17,199 nucleotides of DNA from Azolla caroliniana (Eukaryota > Plantae > Polypodiophyta). Of this stretch, positions 1 to 8,080 are shown piece by piece. How positions within the stretch are numbered: position 1 is the stretch's first letter; the number at the start of each line of letters is the position of its first letter. The notes beneath the pieces were generated by a model. The model saw only the letters and a program-made list of their open reading frames with translations. It was not told where the DNA came from and ran no database searches. Where the stretch lies: NCBI GenBank assembly GCA_043228905.1, contig JBHGNT010000705.1:1-17199 (forward strand), read 5' to 3'. Both the position numbers and the translations under genes were made by a program.

Positions 1-578
1 ACTTGTGATTTGCTTTAGGTTCTTTATTGAATAATTTTTCAAAGGCTGAACTTTCTTGCCACTATTCAAATGTAGCATGGATGCTAGACCTATTTATTTC
101 CAACTGATTCTCATATGCTAAATCCCAATTTGTTTCTTTCTTTGTGGGCTGGCCACCTTATAAATCATGGGAATGATTAGGTTTGGTCAATCCTTTGCCA
201 GTAGGTGTAATGTCATTTATTATTAGCTGTATCTCATTGGTGGTGTTGGGAATAATTATCTCTTGCCTGATTCTTATCATATGTAAATGAGCGGCCATGC
301 CATTGCATTTCTCATCAGCACGCTCTTTACAGCGACCTTCACTATGGAGGCCATCCACCCTCTACATTCTGGTGCTTAGGTAGCCATCCATAATAATGGC
401 GTCTTGTCTAATCCCTCTATTCCATTAAGTGGGGTTTCCATCTTTCATGTGTAAAACAGTGTCAAAAAAAGATTTAACACATGAGTTGAGAGAGGAATGA
501 ATAGGAGACTAAGCAGATTAGAGCTGGACGGCTCCCATACTATAAGGTACAGGAATTTGGAATCCTCTGGAAATAAAG

Positions 579-710
579 ATGGCTTTCTACTGATACCTCC
601 TTCAGATATTGAGGCCTAATGGCTTTCAAATTTCAATAGAGACCATTTTTAGATATTGACATTTGATAGCCTTCCATAGTGACCATTTTCATGCATTGAC
701 AACTGATTTC
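579..710. repeat. Degenerate minisatellite, ~40-48-bp units, in the upstream DET1 intron
   Basis: ATGGCTTTC recurs at 579 and 619 (ATAGCCTTC at 667). AGATATTGA occurs twice. ATAG(A/T)GACCATTTT...ATTGACA recurs 40 bp apart. Confidence 0.45.
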
Positions 711-1661
711 ATTTGACCTTTTCTATGATGTGCAGTGAGACAGACAACAGAAAGGTATACAAGCAGATGTTCAGCTTACCAAGACATTTAAAAAAAAACT
801 ATGTCTTCCATGACCAAGCAAACTTCATAGAGCTTACAAGTCCTGAATTATGGAGTCTTCTGGGTAGAACTTGTGAACATTGGATATTACCTAGAAATTG
901 GAGATAATAAACTTTCTTCCATGATAAACCCACCTCAGTAGAGCTTGTGAACACCCAAACTTGAGAGAATTGGGATAGACCTCCTCACATATTGGGAACT
1001 ATAAGTGCAGATAACTGATGGCTTTCCACCCTATTAAGTTACATTAACATACCTCTCCTATGATAAGATGCAAGTTTTTTATCTTAATGCCCACATGAAT
1101 AAGTATTACTTGGTTCATACCTTCCACTTCAACTTTTAACAGCACCATCCCACAATGCCACATGTCATCACCATAAGTCAGTTTATCCAATTCACAGGCT
1201 AGAGTACTGGTTTCACATACCGAAATTCTAAACATGCTTGAATAATGGCCTAGGGGTAAACATATAACTAATAACTCTCATCTCATTATATTATGGAGAT
1301 ATGGAATATAACATATTACTTTTATAAGATAAACTGGCCTCTACTAGATGTTAATGGAATGTTCCACTTTCATTTACTCTGAAATTTATGAAATTGTTTA
1401 GAATGGTAATGCAACCAATCACAGACATTGGCAATTCACGTATGAATAATAGCAAATGTTGGCCCATGTTAACGTGAATGACATTCATGATGGAAGTTTT
1501 GCTGGAATTCTGTATTATATATATATATTTGACATTATATATCAGCTTGGTCTATATCTTCGTTTCTAGTTGTTTTTTTAACAAACTACTTAATAATGGG
1601 AAATAATAATGAATAATTAACTAACTGATGTGAAATAAAATATGGGATCATAATTGAACAG

Positions 1662-1866
1662 GAGGAGTCTTTGTTTCAAGTTCAACTCAACAATTCACAT
1701 AAAATAAAAAGTTTCTTATCTGCAAAAGGCAATATAGATTCTCTGTCAAGTAATTTTGCTACTGGAGATCAGTCAAGCCACGAGGATTATGAAATGCGGC
1801 ATATGAACGGAGTGGGCTTAACTGAGACGCTCAACGATTCACATGATTATAATCCAAATGTTCCAG
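1662..1866 (+). CDS. DET1: DET1 internal exon (poorly conserved, probably disordered loop: EESLFQVQLNNSHK...NPNVP/G)
   Basis: Acceptor gaacAG at 1660-1661 with CTAAC branch-like motif at 1621. Open frame of 68 codons. Donor CAG|GTGTGG at 1867 is phase 1, matching the next exon. No recognisable homology, so this is supported by splice signals and phase only. Confidence 0.75.
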
Positions 1867-4800
1867 GTGTGGATTAATGCTTTGGGATCTGAAATAAACA
1901 ACTTCCTTATCGTGACACACTACTGAATATTTTTGGGATCTTATGAATTGTTACAGCAGTAACTAATGCATTTTTCTAATTTTGTCTGAATAGAAAATAA
2001 GGGAAAACACTATAACACCCTTAACTTTAATATAGATGACCAGAATTCCCCTAAATCTTTACCAAAATACCTCTGGTAATTTAGATTAACCTAGTGGTAT
2101 TTTGAATTTTTTCCTAGAGAATAATTAGTTTTACGTATCGAATTATTAGATTTACTAGTGACAATATTCTTGAAGGCAAGATCGAGCTGTGATTTACTGA
2201 ACATCAGTTTAAGTTTAATCATTTTGATTAGAGGTGTTCAGTCTTCTATTGTAAACGAATGGAATTAAATTCATTGTTTTTTCACTCATCGATTTATGTG
2301 TTTCAACAGGAACATCTGATGGAAACCTGAGTCCAAATTTGATGGATTCAAATATGCTACATACAGTGCCAGGTAGATCCACAACAGCAGTTACAGCCTC
2401 TCCCCAAGATAACTTACGCAGTGAGACAAGGGATCACTTGTTGGGTGGGTTGAAGCAACGGTTGCTATCTTATGTATTCCGTAGCATTGAAGTCCAAGAC
2501 ACTGATCCTGTTATTGTGAGTCTAAAACTTGTTTCGATGTGATGGTTTATTCTCCAGGACTATTCTAAACCATCAGCTAGTTGATTATATGTTTAATTCA
2601 TCTTTGTGCACACAGAAAGCAAATAAGCTGAAACGCTTTTACTACAACTTCCAACACTATGTGGATCTCGTCATGTGGAAGGTAATGGGAGATTTGGTTA
2701 TTGGAAGGAAATACTCATACACCAGATGTCCCCACCCAAAAAAAGGTGAAAAGAAAAAGTAAAAACAAGCACAGGGAAACGAAGGAGAGAGAGAGAGAGA
2801 GCATGAATGCACACATACAGGTTGATAATCAGTTTTAGACATTGCTTTACGAAACTCCCACTTTATGTTCGGCTGACAGGTGCAGTTTTTGGATAGATGT
2901 CACTTGATGATCAAGTTTGGGAGCTTAGATGGTGTGGTAGGTGCTTCCATCATTAACTGAAATGATAGCATTCTATTGTTGGCATTAGGAGGTGTATATT
3001 TTTCTGCTGATTTCTCTACTGCAGTTTTTTAACACAAAAACTACACGGAATTGTGCCACATTTCAGATTTCACAAAACTTGGATGTTTCTCATCAAACTG
3101 TATTCTTTGCTGTGTACAATATTGAATCAACAGAGATAGTTGGTTTCCAGGTACTGTACTTGCATCTGTTTGCATTGCTTTGGGGGTACATAGTTCTTCA
3201 ATGATAGCATGTGTTTCTTGGAAGGACATATTACATCCTACTTTAGTTTTGTGGTGCAGAACTCCTATGAAGAGCTTCTGCAACTATTTGAGAACTATCA
3301 TGATCATTTTCGAATTGCGCCCTCGTATCCATTGTACATGAGATTTATCTCTTCATATTCAAATAATATTTTTGCAAGACAACAGTTCAGAAAACAGAAA
3401 ACTGTTTGTAACAATACAAAGTCCAATAGCTCTGCTCAGGTACACTGTTGAGTTTTGAATTGATACTGGATCACAATAACATCACAGAACTGACAACATT
3501 TGTTCTGAATGAATTGTATTGACTTTCCTGTTTGAAAGTTTACAGCAAATTGACTAGTTCACTAAGTCTGGAATGTTAATTCACTCAAAGAATAATGGTA
3601 TGTTGCAGGTTATCAAGAGATCCCTTCCTTGTAACTCACAGTCACTTAGTCCAGCAGCATATTTTGACCAATCTCTTTTCCAATTTGATGAAAAGGTATG
3701 CAACGTTAATAGCTCAGTTTTATTACTAATCTTGTTATCTGAGAAGATTGTGGGCCATCACGTATTTATATTGTGTTATTTGAAATAAAGCATTTTGGTT
3801 TGAGGAAGTAACAGACTTAATTGTGTATAGGCTGATTGTAACAATTTTGTATAACAACCCGGTATTGGAAGAATTCTATTATAACATTAAAAACTCTAAT
3901 TGAAGTGCTTATAACACTTCATTCTTAATTCTGATATGCATGAGATGTCACAGATTTGAAAATGATGACAGGAACCACTGCAAATTTTCTTTCAACTTGG
4001 CATTAGGAGCTGGCTATCATTGTTGGTAGACATAGCTTGGGTGCCCAATATTGTTTATCACCTGTAGTTTTCAGTGTTCTTCTTGATAAACAATATTGTG
4101 ATTATAAAAACTCTAAATGAAGTGTATAACACTTCATTCTTAATCCTGATATGCATAAGATGTTACAGATTTGAAAATGATGACAGGAACCACTGTAAAT
4201 TTTCTTTCAACTTTGTGTTAGGAGCTGACTGTCATTGGTTGTAGACATAGCTTTGAGTGCCCAATATTGTTTATCACCAGTAGTTTTCAGCGTTCTTCTT
4301 GATAGTGCTTTTTTCAACCATCCTCACTGACATCTTAGTCCATTAATTATTTCTTTCCCCTGTCTATGTGCTATAATTGCCTTATCACGGTCATTTCTGT
4401 GGAATGTAGCAGTCTATTCATCTTCAACCCATATGGTGATGTTGACATATCTGCGGGAAATCCATTCCATGCTACGCAAACATCCATCATGAAAGCAATC
4501 CTGTAGACTTTGCTGCGCCAGTGTCACCTATTCTATCTATGAATGGTGAATAATGATATCAGTCTCCTAATATAGCAATCAGCAATGCTTCAGTTTGGCT
4601 CAAGTCGGTTTGGGAGTCTCAAACTGAATCTGTTGAAAAGAAATGAAAGATAAAAGCAACCCATGGAACTGTTTAATCTGAACCATTTAAAAGATCCTCA
4701 AAAGCGTAAAGCAAACCATTTAAGAGATTGTCAAACTTAAACATAAATATTGAGTATCATCAACCTAAAAATATGTTAGGGTTTTTTATATTAATTTGTA

Positions 4801-7083
4801 TAATAAAATTGACTCTATAAGCCGTTTAAGCCACATTTTCAAGCTTTTGATAAATTGTAAACCATAAAACCAATACAATTTAATCTGAATCAAACCAAAC
4901 CATGAACCCCCAAGCCTAACCAGTCCAAATGAAAGAGTTTTCCAAATTTGGAACCAAAAACCGAACAGAACCAACCATTTAAGCTATTAATCCAAGGTTT
5001 CATGGTTCGGTTTTGGCTCAACCCAAACTGTTTCTGATTGCTACTCCTGTATAAAATATGCAGTATGGCACTCACTACTGCTGGTATACACGAGAAATGG
5101 GCAATAATTTGCACTGTCAGGAACCTTCATAGATGTACTGCTGTTTCTCCATGCTGGTTATTTTACACAACTGATGATATCATCCAGTCATCCATGCCAA
5201 CACTGATAAAGTTGTTGGCTATCAGCATCTCCTTTGATCACACTACTGGTTTGCTTGCTCCTTTGCCCTGGTGTCGTCCTGGATTTTTCCCTTGGTTTCA
5301 TACATCAGAGTGTTTGCATGTATGAATCAACGTAAGCTGTGCCATCTCTACATATTTGATTCATCTTTTGCTGCTGGATGCATTGAAATTACCCCCAGCA
5401 AAAACTATTAGGGTCTTTACCACACTATCTCCAATACATCCAAATATGAGGATGTTAAGGTTAGTTACATTTAAGCCCTTCAATCCTTGTTTGTCTTAAA
5501 CTGTTCTTTTACATCCGGAAAAGCTACTCTTAACAGATCAACTCTCCTATGGCCTTGTTGGCTGCTCTATAAAAACCCTGCTATGGCTGCAAAAATCCAA
5601 GGTTATTCCAAATACTCCTTTTTGACATGAGGGCTTTTGTACTTTCTATTGCTGTAACAAAAGTTTTGATGTGGTTCTTACTTCAATTTAGTTTCCTGGT
5701 ACAGCAAGAGGTCTTTCCTCGTACCATGAATTTTGATGTCATTCTGTCCACACATGACCATTGATCTCAAGCTTGAAACCGTATTAGTCCTAGTACTGCC
5801 ATTGTCAGCGGAACATTTGTCCTCTAAAGATGGGCATGATCTCCCTGATGTAGGTAGACATCCATCTGCTGATGTGGAGATTGTCTCCCTGCTATTTGAT
5901 GACACTAACTTTCCTCAATTGCAAGGATTCATGCATTTTCAGATCTCGTGTACCTGCACACAAACATCAACATGCCTAAAACCTATTGACAGCTCAAAGT
6001 GTGACCAAGTCTGTGCTGTGTAAAATGCGATATGATGTTTACAAAATTAGAGTTGCAACCAATGACAACTGAACTGGTAGGTATGTAGACAATGGAATGA
6101 GGTCTGGTATTTTAGGGGCTCATGTAATAAAAGAAAACTGAGACACGAATAAGCCATCAAACCATGTTTGCTATAGACTATATAGTCTACTTTCCTTTGT
6201 CATGTTTTGTACCTTCTGTAGTGTTCATGCATTCAGATTTTGGGTATTTCAAATATGAACAGATTAAACTTGCAAAACGACAGAATATTTCTTCTAGCAG
6301 TGGTGAGCACTGACACTGAAGCCAGTCAAGGATGGTTACCTGCAGGTTGCAATGGTGCACATGGAAATTTGTTGATGCCAAATTCTTTGTACTGTAGATG
6401 CCATTTGCATGCTGTTGATTTATTACCTTTGCAAGGCATACTCTTGTCTGTGAAGACATACATGAAGACTACTACTACAAAGGAAAGTGAACTCTAGAGC
6501 AAACATGATTTGATGACTTATTTGTGTCTCAGTTTTCTTTTTTTTACACGAACCTCCCAAATTCTAGACCTTATTCATGTCTGTGAAGACGTACATGAAG
6601 ACCACTATTATGAAGGGTCAATAACATGTTAACAAAAATCAAGCAATTAAGAACTTCAGCGATGCATGATTTGATGCTGTAAAATGTTTTAATCATAAGC
6701 ACGCTATTGTATAGTAAAGGTGGTATGTTTTTATTGATTTCCATGTTATCATGGCACAGCTTATTTCTGCAGCAGATCAATGTAGACCATGCCTAGAGCC
6801 TCCAATAAAATTTATATCGAGACGCAAACCAAATGTGTTGAAGTTCAAGATTAATCCAGGTACAGTACTTTTGCCTTGCCTTCCAATGTTTTATGATGCT
6901 TCTGGAAATTTGCATTAATTATATGAATCAAATTTTCTAAATGCAGGTAATGAATTTGGACCTGGTGATGTGCCAAGTAGGAGATTAGCATCCTTCTTCT
7001 TTCATCCTATTTTCCCATTTGCTATTACAATTCAGCAAGCATATATGCAGCCTGCTATTGTTAATTTCCACTTACGGCGATAG
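1662..7083 (+). CDS. DET1: DE-ETIOLATED1 (DET1) homologue, light-signalling repressor / DDB1-CUL4 adaptor; 5'-partial spliced CDS: join(1662..1866,2310..2515,2616..2681,2880..2936,3067..3150,3260..3439,3609..3695,6760..6859,6947..7083)
   Basis: Manual splicing at GT-AG sites gives one open frame of 1122 nt: ...LLGGLKQRLLSYVFR...KLKRFYYNFQHYVDLVMWKVQFLDRCHLMIKFGSLDGV...FFAVYNIESTEIVGFQNSYEELLQLFE...YFDQSLFQFDEKLISAAD...PIKFISRRKPNVLKFKINPG...SFFFHPIFPFAITIQQ...VNFHLRR*. This matches the plant DET1 C-terminal half as I recall it (e.g. FYFHFQDYVDLIIWKVQFLDRQHLLIKFGSVDG; YFDQSLFRFDEKLISAADRHR; FLFHPHLPLAISIQQ; VVNIHFRR). No database search was run. Confidence 0.96.
2001..2114. mobile_element. Short Mutator-like non-autonomous element (MITE) in DET1 intron
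   Basis: Flanked by a 10-bp direct repeat with one mismatch: TAGAAAATAA (1991-2000) / TAGAGAATAA (2115-2124). Ends are GGGAAAA... / ...TTTTTTCC (degenerate G-initiated TIRs). Internal perfect inverted repeat CAAAATACC (2063-2071) / GGTATTTTG (2096-2104). Confidence 0.6.
2310..2515 (+). CDS. DET1: DET1 internal exon (…HLLGGLKQRLLSYVFRSIEVQDTDPVI)
   Basis: Acceptor tttcaacAG (2308-2309); donor GTGAGT at 2516; contains the conserved G-x-KQRLLS motif. Confidence 0.92.
2616..2681 (+). CDS. DET1: DET1 internal exon (KANKLKRFYYNFQHYVDLVMWK)
   Basis: Acceptor cacAG (2614-2615); donor AAG|GTAATG at 2682; conserved DET1 motif. Confidence 0.95.
2785..2801. repeat. (GA)8 microsatellite, intronic
   Basis: Direct reading. 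Confidence 0.9.
2880..2936 (+). CDS. DET1: DET1 internal exon (VQFLDRCHLMIKFGSLDGV)
   Basis: Acceptor gacAG (2878-2879); donor GTAGGT at 2937; conserved motif. Too short to appear in the ORF track. Confidence 0.95.
3067..3150 (+). CDS. DET1: DET1 internal exon (ISQNLDVSHQTVFFAVYNIESTEIVGFQ)
   Basis: Acceptor tttcAG (3065-3066); donor CAG|GTACTG at 3151; FFAVYN motif. An alternative in-frame acceptor exists at 3023-3024. Confidence 0.9.
3260..3439 (+). CDS. DET1: DET1 internal exon (NSYEELLQLFENYHDHFR…SNSSAQ)
   Basis: Acceptor gtgcAG (3258-3259); donor CAG|GTACAC at 3440; 60 codons. Confidence 0.95.
3609..3695 (+). CDS. DET1: DET1 internal exon (VIKRSLPCNSQSLSPAAYFDQSLFQFDEK)
   Basis: Acceptor ttgcAG (3607-3608); donor AAG|GTATGC at 3696; YFDQSLFxFDEK motif. 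Confidence 0.95.
3888..4304. repeat. Tandem duplication, two ~200-bp copies (3888..4088 and 4105..4304), period ~217 bp
   Basis: The copies align end to end (taaaaactcta...cagatttgaaaatgatgacaggaaccactg...gtgcccaatattgtttatcacc...gttcttcttgata) with scattered substitutions and 1-nt indels. Confidence 0.95.
4573..5043. mobile_element. hAT-like non-autonomous element (MITE) in the long DET1 intron
   Basis: Perfect 10-bp TIR TAGCAATCAG (4573-4582) / CTGATTGCTA (5034-5043), extended imperfectly by CAGTTTGG/CCAAACTG. Degenerate 8-9-bp TSD: CTCCTAATA (4564-4572) / CTCCTGTA (5044-5051). Many subterminal AAACC/AACCGAAC/GGTTCGG motifs; AT-rich and non-coding. Confidence 0.7.
6101..6570. mobile_element. 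Long-TIR fold-back element, probably a PIF/Harbinger (Tourist)-like MITE
   Basis: Inverted repeats of ~80-100 bp beginning GGTCT(G/A)G. The core 6129-6177 vs 6493-6541 matches at 45/49 positions. Flanks are TGA / TTA (near-TTA TSD) within a palindromic context (ATGGAA...TTCAT). The superfamily assignment is inference. Confidence 0.6.
6760..6859 (+). CDS. DET1: DET1 penultimate coding exon (LISAADQCRPCLEPPIKFISRRKPNVLKFKINP/G)
   Basis: Follows a 3064-nt intron. Acceptor cacAG (6758-6759); donor CAG|GTACAG at 6860; PIKFISRR and LKFKI motifs. Confidence 0.95.
6947..7083 (+). CDS. DET1: DET1 last coding exon (GNEFGPGDVPSRRLASFFFHPIFPFAITIQQAYMQPAIVNFHLRR*)
   Basis: Acceptor atgcAG (6945-6946), phase 1; stop TAG at 7081-7083; conserved FHP..P.AI.IQQ and VNxHxRR end. 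Confidence 0.95.
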
Positions 7084-7494
7084 GAGCTGGAAAGGACTTT
7101 CCCTCACTTTGGATTCTGTTCTCTATTTTTCATTCTTGAGCATTATCTGGGTGAGGTTATGAGTTTTGTTTAAATTTTGATTCATGCCATCTTTGAGAAA
7201 AATAGATTTGTATGCTTGCTGAAAAAGTTGACAGTCGGGTGTAGTCAGTTATTGTGTTCAGCCATCAAGTTTCATTGAAGGTGAAACTTGCATGCCTTGT
7301 CAGTCAAGATATCAGAATGTTTCTTTGTTGTATTTGTTTAGATCTCTACATTTCAATGTTTATGTCAATTGTTGTGTGTATAATTCAATTCTATACTTCA
7401 AACAATTTTGCCACAAGAAAATTGCAGAATAACTCATGCAAGACAAATTATAAGTTTGCCTAAGAAGTTCAGTGAAGTATCATCTTCCAGTATC

Positions 7495-7572
7495 GTGCGC
7501 TAAAATTCTACTGTTTCCTATAAAGCTCCACCTGTGTGCTTAAATTCTACTGCTACCTATAAAGCTCCACCT
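7495..7572. repeat. 39-bp tandem repeat x2, plus partial copies near 7617 and 7647
   Basis: gtgcgctaaaattctactgtttcctataaagctccacct / gtgtgcttaaattctactgctacctataaagctccacct, 35/39 identical. Confidence 0.9.
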
Positions 7573-7953
7573 TTTCATCAAGGAGAGACTTTAGTGAGGC
7601 ATTAAAACATCTCTTGAATTCTACTATTACCTGTGTTGGACTTCTCTTAAATTCAACCATTACTCATAACATATAGGTAGGTAAGCAACGTGATACTTAA
7701 TTACAACAATTGCATCTTTTGGAACATTGTATCCTAGCCTCTAGGATACGTTAACATGTATGAATTCAATATTAATTATGTAGCATTTACCACATTGAAT
7801 TTTTGTGGTACATATTGAATTCTTTTATGTAGGATGATTCAGTATGTACAACTTAGGAAGTGTGAAAAGTTCTGTTTACAACAGTGAATTGTCCAGGAAG
7901 CTTTGAATAATTATAATTTTTTTTAAGAACTGGTATTACTTAAAAGTTGAATA

Positions 7954-8080
7954 GAGAGCTAGCAAATGAAAGATTACTACTATGAATTATGCATGTCAAA
8001 GTCGTTGCAAAATCAGTCAAGTGAGAGCTATCAAATGAAAGATTACAACTGTGAATTATACGTGTCTTTTTGCAAAATCA
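7954..8080. repeat. ~69-bp-period tandem duplication x2
   Basis: gagagcta(g/t)caaatgaaagattac(t/a)act(a/g)tgaattat...tgcaaaatca starting at 7954 and 8023. Confidence 0.9.

Noticed and set aside
1-1660. Further upstream DET1 exons or short ORFs (158..358, 713..907, 1044..1235)
   Set aside because: No DET1 N-terminal motifs or other recognisable domains were found; treated as intron.
2550-2558. Acceptor-like TTCTCCAG in the intron after 2515
   Set aside because: It would give a 42-nt intron and a frameshift; the acceptor at 2614-2615 fits homology.
4177-4228. Box C (ATGATGA) and box D (CTGA) suggesting an intronic C/D snoRNA
   Set aside because: The span is only 52 nt, there is no terminal stem outside the boxes, box D is CTGG in the other copy, and I recognise no rRNA guide.
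4786-4974. 62-aa hydrophobic ORF on the minus strand
   Set aside because: It is a translation of the GGTTT-rich subterminal repeats of the hAT-like MITE.
7495-7670. Short direct repeats as a possible CRISPR-like array
   Set aside because: The units are directly adjacent without unique spacers, the context is eukaryotic, and there are no cas genes.
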